Source: an uncultured Gammaproteobacteria bacterium
Lineage (GTDB): Bacteria > Patescibacteriota > Microgenomatia > UBA10105 > UBA927
Assembly (NCBI GenBank): GCA_964394685.1
Contig: CAYMYO010000002.1
Span: forward strand, 98,148-162,147
Length of the DNA stretch: 64,000 nt
Direction of reading: 5' to 3'
Made by a program: the position numbers and the translations under genes. Below the pieces are notes generated by a model. That model was not told the origin of the DNA, made no database searches, and saw only the letters and a program-made list of their open reading frames with translations. This document shows, in pieces, positions 18,941-30,102 of the stretch (position 1 is the first letter of the stretch; every line of letters starts with the position of its first letter).

Positions 18941-21900
18941 ATGGCCAAAGACAATCATTCTCATCGATTATATTGGGGAAAAGAGTATACAGATCTTCCC
19001 GAGCTCGATCTTACGCTTGTACAGCGTGAATCATACCAATGGTTTTTGGAAGATGGTGTCAAGACGCTTCTTTCTGAAATTTCACCCGTATCAGACTTTA
19101 CTGGAAAAAACTGGGAACTTGCTTTTAGCGATTATTTTTTTGGAAAACCACGACTCACTCCACTGACTGCTATTGAAAAGGGTTTAACGTACGATATGCA
19201 GCTGAAGGTTATTGCAACACTCACAAATAAGCAAACCGGTCACCACGTATCCCAAGAAGTTTTTCTTGGTGATATCCCAGCAATGACTCAAAATGGAACC
19301 TTCATTATTAATGGAACAGAACGATGTGTTGTTAATCAACTTGTCAGGTCTCCCGGTATTTATTTTACCGGAGAAGTAGATCCTACAACCGGAAGAACTC
19401 TCTATAGTGCTGAAATTCGACCAATGCACGGAAGTTGGTTAGAACTGTTTGTTACACGAAACAATATACTTATGGTGAGAATTGACCGAAGACGAAAATT
19501 CGTCGGAAGCACATTTCTACGCGCTTTGGGATTATCCACAAATGAAGAAATTAAGGAAGCTTTTGCAGCTGTGGATGTCAATCCTGACATGCGCATTATT
19601 GATAATACGCTTGTAAAAGATCCAACAACAAGTCAAACAGAAGCAATTTTGGAAATCTACCGAAAACTTCGACCAGGTGAACCAATTGTACTTGATAATG
19701 CGCGTGAGTTATTTCAATCGATGTTTTTCGATTATCGAAGATATTCTCTTGAACGCGTAGGCAGGTACAAGATGAACAAAAAACTTGGGATTGACGTGCC
19801 AAATGAAAAGTCTCATTGGATTTTAACCAAAGAAGACGTACTTGGGGCAATTACCTACCTTATTAATACCATTAATGGAAAAGGTGATGTTGATGATATT
19901 GATCATCTTGGAAATCGTCGTGTTCGAAGGGTGGGTGAGCTTGTCGCAACCAATGCGTTTCGTGTTGGACTTCTCCGACTCGAACGGTCGATTCGGGAAA
20001 AAATGAGCTTAGCCGGACCACTCGCAGTAGATTTACTTCCGACGCAACTGGTCAATGCTCGGCCGATTATTGCTGCAATTAATGATTTTTTCCGTACGAG
20101 TCAATTGTCAACAATTCTTGATCAAACAAATCCACTTGCGGAGGTCGATAATTTACGTCGGTTTACCGTTATGGGTATTGGTGGAATTTCCCGAGAACGC
20201 GCATCATTTTCTATTCGAGATATTAACGCTTCTCAATATGGTCGGATTTGTCCAGTAAGAAGTCCAGAGGGGCCAAACATTGGACTAGTTACCTATATGT
20301 CTTTGTATGCCAGAGTCAATGAATACGGATTTTTGGAAACACCATATCGAAAAGTAGTAAAAATCACCTCTGGAGATAAGACACAAATGAAAGTTACCGA
20401 TGAAATGGTGTATTTGGATGCAAACGATGAACAATATCATTATATTACTCATGCAGATTTACCTATTGATGCAAATGGAATTATTCAAATTGATCGTGTT
20501 CCCGTTCGATATAAAGGAGATTTTGCTGAAGCGGATGTGATGGTTGTTGAGTATTTGGATATCGTTCCACGGCAAGTTGTTGGGGTTCCAGCATCCCTTA
20601 TTCCATTTTTAGCTCATGATGAAGCAAACCGTGCGTTGATGGGCACGCATATGCAATGTCAAGCAGTGCCATTACTTCAACCACAAGCTCCTATTATTGG
20701 AACGGGTATGGAACGAGCTGTTGCTGGATCTATGGGTAGATGTATTTATGCAAAAGATGATGGAGTTGTTGTCTATGCAGATGCAGCATCAGTAACAGTG
20801 AGATATAAAAATGGTGATGAAGAGCAGTATACTCTTGAAAAATTTAAGCGATCAGCTCAATCAACATGTTATAACCAACATGTTGAAGTCGCAACGGGCG
20901 ATAAATTGAAAAAGGATGACGTCATTATCGAGGGGCCGGCAACTGATGGAGGAGAACTTGCTCTTGGATCTAATATGGTTGTTGCATACATGAGTTTTGA
21001 TGGCCTTGGATACGAAGATGCTATTGTTATTTCAGATCGATTAGTGAAAGATGATGTGTTGTCATCAATTAATATTGAGGAATATGAAGCGAGTGTTGTT
21101 GATACAAAACTAGGGCCTGAAGAAACAACGCGTGATATTCCAAATGTTGGAGAGGAAGCGCTTCGAAATCTAGATAAAGATGGGATAGTTGTTGTCGGCG
21201 CAGAGGTTGCTCCAAACGATATTTTAGTTGGAAAAATTGCTCCAAAAGGTGAAACAGAACTCACCGCTGAGGAACGACTTCTTCGTGCAATTTTTGGAGA
21301 AAAAGCACGAGAAGTGCGCGATACTAGCTTACGGGTTCCTCACGGCGAACGAGGAACCGTAATTGATGTACAAATTCTTGATAAAGAACAAGGGGATGAA
21401 CTTGAACCGGGAACAAACCGAAAAATCATTGTTAAAGTGGCGCAAATGAGAAAAGTCGTTGTGGGAGACAAACTTGCAGGAAGACACGGAAACAAAGGTG
21501 TTATTTCAAAAATACTTCCAGTTTCTGACATGCCATATTTATCTGATGGAACAATTGTTGACGTTATCATTTCCCCATTATCAGTTTTGTCTCGTATGAA
21601 TTTAGGGCAACTTCTTGAAACCCATTTGGGACTTGCTGCTAAAAAACTCAATGTTAAGATTGCTGTTCCAGTGTTTGAAAAAGTTAAAGAAGAAAAAATT
21701 GTTGAAAAAATTAAGGAAGCGAATTTACCATTATCTGGAAAAGCAACACTTTACGATGGAAGGACTGGAAAAGCATTTAGTGAATCAATAGTTATGGGAG
21801 TCGGATTTATTATGAAACTTATCCACATGGTGGAGGATAAAACTCACGCGCGCTCAACTGGTCCATATTCTCTTGTAACTCAACAACCTCTCGGCGGAAA

Positions 21901-22285
21901 AGCACAAATGGGAGGACAGCGGTTAGGAGAAATGGAAGTGTGGGCACTAGAGGCACACCGCGCAGCACATATTTTACAAGAAATGTTAACGATTAAATCC
22001 GATGATGTAGTGGGACGTGCAAAAGCATTTGAATCAATTGTAAAAGGTATTGATATTCCAGCTTCTAATGTTCCAGAATCATTTAAAGTGTTGGTTAAAG
22101 AACTTCAAGCATTAGGATTATCTGTTAAGCCAACGGGAGCAGTTACAGCGAAACAATTAGCTGTTGCCGAAGAAGCAAAAGCAGCGGTAGACGCGAACGC
22201 GAAAGAACATGCTCAGGCAACTGGGGCAGAAGTTGTTACAGAACCGATAGTCGAAGTAACGGAGGGAGTTGCGAAAATGGAGTAA
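18941..22285 (+). CDS. rpoB: RNA polymerase beta subunit
   Basis: FIINGTER, PEGPNIGL, GDKLAGRHGNKG, GGQRLGEMEVWALEA. Confidence 0.99.
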   Translation: MAKDNHSHRLYWGKEYTDLPELDLTLVQRESYQWFLEDGVKTLLSEISPVSDFTGKNWELAFSDYFFGKPRLTPLTAIEKGLTYDMQLKVIATLTNKQTGHHVSQEVFLGDIPAMTQNGTFIINGTERCVVNQLVRSPGIYFTGEVDPTTGRTLYSAEIRPMHGSWLELFVTRNNILMVRIDRRRKFVGSTFLRALGLSTNEEIKEAFAAVDVNPDMRIIDNTLVKDPTTSQTEAILEIYRKLRPGEPIVLDNARELFQSMFFDYRRYSLERVGRYKMNKKLGIDVPNEKSHWILTKEDVLGAITYLINTINGKGDVDDIDHLGNRRVRRVGELVATNAFRVGLLRLERSIREKMSLAGPLAVDLLPTQLVNARPIIAAINDFFRTSQLSTILDQTNPLAEVDNLRRFTVMGIGGISRERASFSIRDINASQYGRICPVRSPEGPNIGLVTYMSLYARVNEYGFLETPYRKVVKITSGDKTQMKVTDEMVYLDANDEQYHYITHADLPIDANGIIQIDRVPVRYKGDFAEADVMVVEYLDIVPRQVVGVPASLIPFLAHDEANRALMGTHMQCQAVPLLQPQAPIIGTGMERAVAGSMGRCIYAKDDGVVVYADAASVTVRYKNGDEEQYTLEKFKRSAQSTCYNQHVEVATGDKLKKDDVIIEGPATDGGELALGSNMVVAYMSFDGLGYEDAIVISDRLVKDDVLSSINIEEYEASVVDTKLGPEETTRDIPNVGEEALRNLDKDGIVVVGAEVAPNDILVGKIAPKGETELTAEERLLRAIFGEKAREVRDTSLRVPHGERGTVIDVQILDKEQGDELEPGTNRKIIVKVAQMRKVVVGDKLAGRHGNKGVISKILPVSDMPYLSDGTIVDVIISPLSVLSRMNLGQLLETHLGLAAKKLNVKIAVPVFEKVKEEKIVEKIKEANLPLSGKATLYDGRTGKAFSESIVMGVGFIMKLIHMVEDKTHARSTGPYSLVTQQPLGGKAQMGGQRLGEMEVWALEAHRAAHILQEMLTIKSDDVVGRAKAFESIVKGIDIPASNVPESFKVLVKELQALGLSVKPTGAVTAKQLAVAEEAKAAVDANAKEHAQATGAEVVTEPIVEVTEGVAKME

Positions 22286-22287
22286 TT

Positions 22288-25200
22288 ATGGATACGAAAT
22301 CAACATTTGCTAATATTATTGATTTTTCTGGACTTGAGATTCGACTTGCCTCAAGTGAGGATATTAAATCTTGGTCCTATGGGGAAATAACAAAACCAGA
22401 GACCATTAATTACCGGACACTTAAACCAGAAAAAGATGGGCTGTTTGATGAACGTATTTTTGGACCCACCAAAGATTGGGAGTGTTACTGCGGAAAATAT
22501 AAGCGGATTCGATACCGCGGTATTATTTGCGATAAATGTGGTGTAGAAGTCACTCAAAGTAAAGTGAGACGAGAACGAATGGGGCATATCACACTTGCAG
22601 CTCCTGTTGCGCATGTATGGTTTTTTAAGGGAGCTCCTTCAAAATTATCACTTCTTTTAGACATGAGTCCACGTGCATTAGAAGGTGTCATTTATTTCGC
22701 TCAATATTTAGTTACAAAGATTGATGAAGATAAGAAAAAAGAAGTATTAAAAAAGATGACTGATAATGGAAAAGTACGCTTAGATGAGATAGAAAAACGG
22801 TTTAAAGATGAAAAAACAAAAAAACAAAAGGAATTATCGGAGGAAAAAGAATCTATCAAAGAAAAAATCAAAGGAAAAGAAGCACAAGATCTTGCTATAG
22901 TAGAACTCGAGCTTCGTGAACGACAGGAATTAACGAGACTAGAAGATCAGATGATTAAAGAACAAGCAAAAGTGAAAGAGGTAGTTGATCAACTATTATC
23001 TATTGTTAAAAACATTAAACCATTAACAACGATTACCGAAGATGAGTATTTAAAACTTTATGAATATGACGCTGTCGCAGGATTTTCTGTTGGTATGGGA
23101 GCGGAGGCGGTACTTGAGGTAGTCAAACATGTAAATTTAGCTAAACTAGCTGCTGAACTTCATGAAGAAATTCAAAATACTTCAGGACAACGTCATATCA
23201 AAGCAACCAAACGGCTTCGTGTCGTTGATGGTATGCGAAAAGCAATCATTAAACCTGAATGGATGATTATGTCACTATTACCTGTGATTCCTCCAGATCT
23301 TCGACCTATGGTGCAGTTAACTGGTGGACGATTTGCAACAAGCGACTTAAATGATTTGTATCGGCGGGTCATAAACAGAAATAATCGTTTGAAGCATTTA
23401 ATGGATCTTGGTGCGCCAGAAATTATTCTTCGGAATGAAAAACGGATGCTTCAGGAGGCTGTTGATAGTTTAATAGATGCCACACAGCGTCCATCATCCC
23501 GGGCAGTTATTCAACCGCTTCGATCACTATCAGATATGCTTCGTGGGAAACAAGGTAGGTTTAGACAAAATTTACTTGGAAAGCGAGTCGACTATTCCGG
23601 CCGGTCCGTCATCGTTGTCGGACCAGAGCTTAAACTTACCCAATGTGGACTTCCAAAGGAAATGGCACTTGAAATGTTTAAACCGTTTGTTTTGCGTGAG
23701 CTTATCGTCAGGGGAATTGCTCCAAATGTTAAAAATGCCAAAAATGTACTCGATCGTCGGACACCTGAAGTATTTGATATATTGGATGAAATTACAAAAA
23801 ATCATCCGGTGCTTTTGAACCGTGCACCAACACTCCACAAACTAGGTATTCAGGCATTTTTTCCAGTCCTTATTGAAGGATCAGCTATTCAGATTCACCC
23901 ATGTGTTTGCGCGGGATACAATGCTGATTTTGATGGAGATCAGATGGCTGTTCATATCCCACTTTCTAAAGAGAGTCAATATGAAGCAATCCATTTGATG
24001 CTTCCAACATTTAGTTTGCTTAAGCCCGCTGATGGATCACCAATTACCGTTCCAAACAAAGAAATGGTGATTGGTTGTTATTACTACACCACCATGGATG
24101 CTGGTAAAATTCAAAAGCAAGAAAAGGACATGACGTTATATCGTGATGAGGAAGAAGCAATAATTGCGTATCAAACAGAACATATTACGCTTCGGGAGCC
24201 AATTCGATTACCCATCAAAGGAAGTATCATAGTTACAACGATTGGTCGAATTTTGTTTAACGAAAAATTACCTGAGAAACTCCGTTATATCAATACACCT
24301 GTTAAAGCTGCAACGATTAAAACAATTATTACCCAAGCACTTCGGGAATATCCAAAAGAAGAAGTGGTGGTGCTTATTGACGCAATCAAATCCATTGGAT
24401 TTGAAGGGGCAACATTCTGCGGAGGATTGTCCGCATCAGTATTTGACAATGTCATGGTAGATAATAAAAGTGACATTATTGATGAAGCAGAAAACAAAGT
24501 TAAAGATATTGATGGAAACTATCAGCAAGGTCTTATTACTCTTGAAGAGAAGAAACGGTTATCGAATGAAATTTGGATTGAGGTTACTGAGCGATTAGCA
24601 AATTTAACCTGGGATAATATGAAAGTAGATAATCCGGTAAAAATGATTATCGATTCCGGAGGAGCTCGTGCATCCAAAGATCAACTCAAGCAGCTGGCAG
24701 CTATCAAAGGACTTGTTGTTGATCCCTTAGGAAAAATTGTTGAGTTACCGACAAAAAGCAATTATCGTGAAGGATTATCTATTTTTGAATACGTCACTTC
24801 TACTCGCGGATCTCGAAAAGGACTGACTGATTCAGCACTAAAAACTGCTGACGCAGGATATTTGACCCGACGACTTGTTGATGTGGCGCACGATGTTCTG
24901 ATTCGCATGGATGATTGTGGTACGGAAGAAGGGTTTGAGTTAGTACGACGGGAAGACAGACAAACGCCATTTGCAAACCGTTGCATCGGCCGATTTGCAG
25001 CTGTTGACATTAAAGCTCCGGACAGCAAGAAAGTGCTTATTGTCAAAGGAGAACTCATTGATGAGTCCAATGCAAAGCTCATTGATGAACATGCCGTAGA
25101 AAGCATTAGTGTGCGTTCCCCAATTACCTGTCGGGCGCAAATTGGGATGTGTGCAAAATGTTATGGTCGTGATTTTTCAACAACAAACCTTGTCGACATG

Positions 25201-26010
25201 GGAACACCAGTCGGTGTCATTGCCGCTCAGTCAATCGGTGAGCCGGGAACACAGCTAACTATGCGGGTTCGTCATGCAGGAGGAATAGTTGGACTGGACG
25301 TCACACAAGGACTTCCTCGTGTTGAGGAATTGTTTGAATGTCGAACACCGAGAGTGTTATCACCAATTTCAGAAATTGCCGGAAAAGTTGAGGTTACAGA
25401 AACAACTGAAGGATACAAAATTGTTGTTAAAAACACATCTCTTAAGCCGGTTGAAGAACGGGAATACACCATTCCCATCACAAGTGAACTTAAAGTAAAA
25501 ACTGGAGATCTTATTGGTGCAGGTGATCAATTATCGAGCGGGTATCTTGATGTGAAAGAAGTGCTTGAAATCCGTGGACTTCGGGGAGCACAAAAATATC
25601 TCATTACCGAAGTGCAGCGTGTCTATGAATCTCAGGGAATTGGCATTCATGACAAACATTTTGAAGTAATTGTCCGGAAAATGAGCGATAAAGTACGTAT
25701 TGATAGCGCCGGAGATACAACCATGCTTCCGGGAGAACTTGTTGACCGCGCCAGTTTTACCGCCGAAAATGCGCGGGTACTTGCTGCAGGCGGAGAACCG
25801 GCAACTGCAAACATCGTGCTTCTCGGTATCACCCGGGCATCACTCTATACAGAGTCCTGGCTGTCAGCAGCATCATTCCAGGAAACAACGAATGTGCTTA
25901 CCGATGCAGCCCTTGCTGGTAAAGAAGATAAGTTGCTTGGGTTAAAAGAAAACGTTATAATCGGACGACTTATTCCAGTTGACGCTGAGCGTGCACAGAT
26001 GCTGAAATAA
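22288..26010 (+). CDS. rpoC: RNA polymerase beta' subunit
   Basis: KPETINYRT, Zn finger, [24 protein letters not shown]. Confidence 0.99.
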   Translation: MDTKSTFANIIDFSGLEIRLASSEDIKSWSYGEITKPETINYRTLKPEKDGLFDERIFGPTKDWECYCGKYKRIRYRGIICDKCGVEVTQSKVRRERMGHITLAAPVAHVWFFKGAPSKLSLLLDMSPRALEGVIYFAQYLVTKIDEDKKKEVLKKMTDNGKVRLDEIEKRFKDEKTKKQKELSEEKESIKEKIKGKEAQDLAIVELELRERQELTRLEDQMIKEQAKVKEVVDQLLSIVKNIKPLTTITEDEYLKLYEYDAVAGFSVGMGAEAVLEVVKHVNLAKLAAELHEEIQNTSGQRHIKATKRLRVVDGMRKAIIKPEWMIMSLLPVIPPDLRPMVQLTGGRFATSDLNDLYRRVINRNNRLKHLMDLGAPEIILRNEKRMLQEAVDSLIDATQRPSSRAVIQPLRSLSDMLRGKQGRFRQNLLGKRVDYSGRSVIVVGPELKLTQCGLPKEMALEMFKPFVLRELIVRGIAPNVKNAKNVLDRRTPEVFDILDEITKNHPVLLNRAPTLHKLGIQAFFPVLIEGSAIQIHPCVCAGYNADFDGDQMAVHIPLSKESQYEAIHLMLPTFSLLKPADGSPITVPNKEMVIGCYYYTTMDAGKIQKQEKDMTLYRDEEEAIIAYQTEHITLREPIRLPIKGSIIVTTIGRILFNEKLPEKLRYINTPVKAATIKTIITQALREYPKEEVVVLIDAIKSIGFEGATFCGGLSASVFDNVMVDNKSDIIDEAENKVKDIDGNYQQGLITLEEKKRLSNEIWIEVTERLANLTWDNMKVDNPVKMIIDSGGARASKDQLKQLAAIKGLVVDPLGKIVELPTKSNYREGLSIFEYVTSTRGSRKGLTDSALKTADAGYLTRRLVDVAHDVLIRMDDCGTEEGFELVRREDRQTPFANRCIGRFAAVDIKAPDSKKVLIVKGELIDESNAKLIDEHAVESISVRSPITCRAQIGMCAKCYGRDFSTTNLVDMGTPVGVIAAQSIGEPGTQLTMRVRHAGGIVGLDVTQGLPRVEELFECRTPRVLSPISEIAGKVEVTETTEGYKIVVKNTSLKPVEEREYTIPITSELKVKTGDLIGAGDQLSSGYLDVKEVLEIRGLRGAQKYLITEVQRVYESQGIGIHDKHFEVIVRKMSDKVRIDSAGDTTMLPGELVDRASFTAENARVLAAGGEPATANIVLLGITRASLYTESWLSAASFQETTNVLTDAALAGKEDKLLGLKENVIIGRLIPVDAERAQMLK

Positions 26011-26015
26011 TACCT

Positions 26016-26453
26016 ATGCCAACAATTAATCAACTTATCAAATTTGGCCGACGCCGAAAGTCAAAAAAAATAAAAGCAACAGCGCTACGCAAGTTTTTTA
26101 ACACGAAAACGCGGCAGATGAAACAGATGCCGGCTCCGTTTAAACGGGGTGTGGTGACACTGGTCAAAACCATGACCCCAAAAAAGCCAAATTCAGCGTT
26201 AAGGAAAGTTGCCCGTGTGAGATTATCCAATAAACAGGAAGTGACGGCATATATCGGAGGAATCGGACATGAACTCACTGAACACGCAATTGTAATGATT
26301 CGCGGGGGTAGGGTGCCGGATTTACCAGGAGTGAAATATCATATCGTTCGGGGAAAATATGACGCAACGGGGGTAGTCAATCGAAAACAAGGAAGAAGCA
26401 GATATGGGACAAAAGCAACTGCTACCGGACCAACTGCTGCAAAAGCAAGTTAA
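26016..26453 (+). CDS. rpsL: 30S ribosomal protein S12
   Basis: [25 protein letters not shown]. Confidence 0.98.
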   Translation: MPTINQLIKFGRRRKSKKIKATALRKFFNTKTRQMKQMPAPFKRGVVTLVKTMTPKKPNSALRKVARVRLSNKQEVTAYIGGIGHELTEHAIVMIRGGRVPDLPGVKYHIVRGKYDATGVVNRKQGRSRYGTKATATGPTAAKAS

Positions 26454-26459
26454 TAACCT

Positions 26460-26933
26460 ATGAGATCAAATAAAACATATACAAAAATACTCCCGGGTGA
26501 TGCAATCTATGGAAATAGACTACTGACAAGGTTTATTAATCGTGTGATGAAAAGCGGAAAAAAACGGGTAGCCGAGCAACTCGTGTATGGAGCATTAGAT
26601 ATCATTAAAGAAAAGGGAGAAGATCCAATAAAAGTGCTTGAAACAGCAATTAACACCGTTGGACCGAAAACAGAAGTGAAAGCGCGGCGGGTTGGTGGAG
26701 CATCTTATCAAGTGCCTATGGAAGTACGGGGAGATCGAAGAATTGCTCTCGCTATTCGATGGATTGTGGAATCCGCTAATAAACGGTCAAATAAAGAATA
26801 TAAAACCTACGCAGAAAAATTAGCTGCAGAATTGACTGATTGCGCTAAAGGTGTCGGAGAAGCAATTAAGAAACGTGATACCATACTCCGTATGGCTGAA
26901 GCGAACAAGGCATTTGCCCACTTCAAGTGGTAA
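26460..26933 (+). CDS. rpsG: 30S ribosomal protein S7
   Basis: RRVGGASYQVP, MAEANKAFAHF. Confidence 0.98.
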   Translation: MRSNKTYTKILPGDAIYGNRLLTRFINRVMKSGKKRVAEQLVYGALDIIKEKGEDPIKVLETAINTVGPKTEVKARRVGGASYQVPMEVRGDRRIALAIRWIVESANKRSNKEYKTYAEKLAAELTDCAKGVGEAIKKRDTILRMAEANKAFAHFKW

Positions 26934-26959
26934 TTTGTTCTTCATAGTACAATAGAACC

Positions 26960-27442
26960 ATGGTATCTATTACTATTCAATCGGTTAGGCAGAGTGATAT
27001 TCCTTGGATAACCGAGGTCTTTCAAACACGTTGGGGAGGAGATTTTATCGTAAGCCGGGGCAAGAAACATAACCCAAAAGATCTTTTTGGTTTTATTGCA
27101 TGTATTGATACACAAAAAGTTGGGCTACTGACATTTAGAAACGATGATGATTCAATAGAATTAGTTTCGTTAGATAGTCTTTGTGATAATCAGGGAATCG
27201 GAACGGCATTAGTTCAAGCGTTAATTAATTATGCTAAAGAAAATAACAAACGGCGGATATGGCTTGTGACTACAAATAATAATACTCATGCGATGCGGTT
27301 TTATGAACACAGAGGATTGAGAAAAGTTCGCGAATATCTAAATGCAATAGTTGAATCAAGAAGAATAAAGCCATCAATACCGCTTACAGATGAATTTGGA
27401 GTAGAAATCAAAGATGAAATTGAATACGAGTATCAATTATGA
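26960..27442 (+). CDS. GNAT acetyltransferase
   Basis: NQGIGTALV, LVTTNNN..AMRFY. Confidence 0.9.
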   Translation: MVSITIQSVRQSDIPWITEVFQTRWGGDFIVSRGKKHNPKDLFGFIACIDTQKVGLLTFRNDDDSIELVSLDSLCDNQGIGTALVQALINYAKENNKRRIWLVTTNNNTHAMRFYEHRGLRKVREYLNAIVESRRIKPSIPLTDEFGVEIKDEIEYEYQL

Positions 27443-28542
27443 GACAAAAATGTTTTATATTTTCTATTACTTAGATCTGCAAGCTTCTTGGCTCTTTGTT
27501 TTTTCACATCAGATGGTAGTTCTTTGTAAATACAAGACAATTTCACTGCTGCGGTTCCTGGTCGGGGCGAATACCGAAAGACATGAAATTTTGAAATTGG
27601 GCTTTTTTTCAGAAACTCATACGTTTTTTGAAATTCTTTTTCAGATTCTCCGGGAAATCCGACGATGACGTCTGTTGCAATGAGCGCGTGCGGGTTTATT
27701 TTATGAAGTGTCGTTAATCGGTTCATCAATTCTTCTTGTTTATACTGGCGGTTCATACGTTTTAGAATTGTGTTGGATCCGGATTGAATAGGAATATGGA
27801 AAAAATGAACAAATCTAGTGTTATCTTTATTGTTTTTGTACCATGAAAGGAATTCTGGAGTGATGCTCCAAGGATGAATGGATCCAAAACTTACTCGATC
27901 AATTTTTGTATGCGTAAGTATTGAATCGATAAGTTCCATAAGTGTTTCTTCAGTGTCTTGACCAAAATACTCTGTATTAATCGCTGTTAAAATAACTTCT
28001 TGAATGAGAATATTTGATTGCTGTATTTCGGTTACAATATCAGCAATTTTTCGTGAAACTGCTCTTCCGCGAGTAAACGGTACAATACAATACGAGCAAA
28101 ACCGATTACATCCATCCTGAATTTTTATCATCATCCGACCTGAGTTTAAAAACTTATCATGGTTAACATTGTCATCCGCCAGCTGGCGGATCCCAGTATG
28201 ATTTTTGGTTAGATGCATTAATAATTGTGCTATTGAATTTTTCTTTTTATTATGTATCCAATAATCAACTTCTTTCAAAAGAGTGTTATTTTTAAACCAC
28301 AACGTCGCAGAGCATCCCGTAACGACGATTTTGGTCTTTGGAAATTTTTTCCGTATTTGATAGATATGTTGTCGCACTTCCCGTTCTGCTTTTCCGGTAA
28401 CTGCACAGGAGTTAATGATATAGAATTCTGGACGTTTTTCATCCCATGAAAACCCTGCATCAATAAGTTTTTTATCTAATACTTGTTTTTCGGCCTCATT
28501 GACACGACAGCCGAATGAAAAGCTCATAAACGTCCGATTCAT
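27433..28542 (-). CDS. MiaB/MtaB-family radical SAM methylthiotransferase without TRAM domain
   Basis: FGCRVNEAE, INSCAVT, IQDGCNRFCSYC, IVGFPGE, YSPRPGT; closest to MtaB. Confidence 0.88.
   Translation of the reverse strand: MNRTFMSFSFGCRVNEAEKQVLDKKLIDAGFSWDEKRPEFYIINSCAVTGKAEREVRQHIYQIRKKFPKTKIVVTGCSATLWFKNNTLLKEVDYWIHNKKKNSIAQLLMHLTKNHTGIRQLADDNVNHDKFLNSGRMMIKIQDGCNRFCSYCIVPFTRGRAVSRKIADIVTEIQQSNILIQEVILTAINTEYFGQDTEETLMELIDSILTHTKIDRVSFGSIHPWSITPEFLSWYKNNKDNTRFVHFFHIPIQSGSNTILKRMNRQYKQEELMNRLTTLHKINPHALIATDVIVGFPGESEKEFQKTYEFLKKSPISKFHVFRYSPRPGTAAVKLSCIYKELPSDVKKQRAKKLADLSNRKYKTFLSHN
28174..28191. repeat. Perfect palindrome ATCCGCCAGCTGGCGGAT inside the methylthiotransferase gene (reads IRQLAD)
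   Basis: 18-bp palindrome matching the intergenic copies at 1235 and 49997. Confidence 0.8.
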
Positions 28543-28652
28543 GAAGCTCATTGTAGCACACCATTCTTGCTTGATCCTGTGTTATTAAAGGATCAGCTTA
28601 GAATGGTGGGTACCCGTAGTAATTCTGATTACAGAGGGTATACAATAACTTC

Positions 28653-29255
28653 ATGTTGCCAATGAAGGTTCGAAACCATTTTAAAAAAGTTGACCCAATT
28701 TTATTTTCTTTAATCAAGAAACATGATGATATATCAATACAGCATTCGAATAACTATTTTTTGAGTTTATGTCGTGAGATCATGACACAACAACTGGCGA
28801 GCGGAGCGGCACGTGCAATTTTCGGGAGATTTGAGAAATTGTTTGAAAAAAGAGAAGTGGCACCGGAAATGGTTTTATCTCTTTCCGATCAAACAATTCG
28901 CGATACCGGAGCTTCATGGGCAAAGGTCAAATACATAAAAAGTCTTGCACAATGTGTCGCTTCGAAAACAATTGATTTGGACGGTATTGAGAAATTAAAT
29001 AACAAAGAAGTGATACAAGAGTTAATAAAAGTGAAAGGAATTGGTCCGTGGACAGCGGAAATGTTTTGTATGTTTTCACTCGGCCGTGAAGATGTATTTT
29101 CGTATGGAGATTTAGGTCTTCGTCACGCAATACAAAAAGCATATGGATTCAAAAAAGAACCAACAATAAAACAAATGGAGAAAATCACTTCAAAATGGTC
29201 ACCATATCGTACCTACGGAGCGCTTCTTCTTTGGAATAGTATTGATACAGTATAA
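28653..29255 (+). CDS. DNA-3-methyladenine glycosylase (AlkA/HhH-GPD family)
   Basis: QQLA, VKGIGPWTAEMF, DLGLR, WSPYRT. Confidence 0.92.
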   Translation: MLPMKVRNHFKKVDPILFSLIKKHDDISIQHSNNYFLSLCREIMTQQLASGAARAIFGRFEKLFEKREVAPEMVLSLSDQTIRDTGASWAKVKYIKSLAQCVASKTIDLDGIEKLNNKEVIQELIKVKGIGPWTAEMFCMFSLGREDVFSYGDLGLRHAIQKAYGFKKEPTIKQMEKITSKWSPYRTYGALLLWNSIDTV

Positions 29256-29262
29256 TGAAATT

Positions 29263-30090
29263 ATGAAAGATAAATATTCTGCTATTTGGTTATCGCATTC
29301 ATCAATTACTGACTATCTCAAATGTCCGCGCGCGTATTTTTTGAAAAACATGTATCGGGATCCGAAAAATAATCATAAGATTGCCATCATGCAACCGGCT
29401 CTTGCTCTTGGACAAACCGTGCACAGTGTTTTAGAATCACTTTCAACGCTTCCTGTGGAAGATCGTTTAATAGAATCGCTTGTAACGAAATTTGAAAAAA
29501 CGTGGGAAGAAATATCCGGGAAAAAAGGCGGATTTACAACAAGTGAAGAGGAAGAAAAATATAAAAAACGGGGGATAGAAATGATGGAACGGATTATGAA
29601 AAATCCCGGACCAATTTTGAAAAAAGCAATAAAAATCCGCCAAGAATTGCCGTATTTTTGGCTATCGGAAGAACAGAATATAATTCTCTGCGGCAAACTT
29701 GATTGGCTGGAGTATCTTGAGGATGTTGACAGTATTCGGATTATTGATTTCAAAACAGGAAAATTTGATGAAGATCCGGATTCCTTACAACTTCCTATTT
29801 ACATACTTCTTGCAACCAACTGTCAGACAAAAAAAGTATATGGTGCTCAATACTGGTATCTCAATCGTGATATTGCACCCGTTGACGTAGTTCTTCCCAC
29901 AGTAGAAGATGCGACAAAACGGCTTCTTGATATTGCCCGAACTATTTCTCTTGCACGAAAACTTGAACGGTTTGTGTGTACTCGGAAAGACGGATGTCCT
30001 GCATGTACACCCTATGAAATGGTGTTAACAGGAAAAGCAGAATTTATCGGCGTAGGAGTATATAATCAGGATACGTATATATTAAAATAA
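29263..30090 (+). CDS. PD-(D/E)XK nuclease, RecB/AddB-like, with possible Fe-S cysteines
   Basis: LSHS...CPRAY, LGQTVH, GKLD, IIDFKTG, QLPIY, C-terminal C..GCPAC. Confidence 0.85.
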   Translation: MKDKYSAIWLSHSSITDYLKCPRAYFLKNMYRDPKNNHKIAIMQPALALGQTVHSVLESLSTLPVEDRLIESLVTKFEKTWEEISGKKGGFTTSEEEEKYKKRGIEMMERIMKNPGPILKKAIKIRQELPYFWLSEEQNIILCGKLDWLEYLEDVDSIRIIDFKTGKFDEDPDSLQLPIYILLATNCQTKKVYGAQYWYLNRDIAPVDVVLPTVEDATKRLLDIARTISLARKLERFVCTRKDGCPACTPYEMVLTGKAEFIGVGVYNQDTYILK

Positions 30091-30102
30091 AGGAGGATCA
30101 CC

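Noticed and set aside
29263-30090. Cas4 / CRISPR adaptation gene
   Set aside because: No array or other cas genes; fits a stand-alone RecB-like PD-(D/E)XK nuclease.
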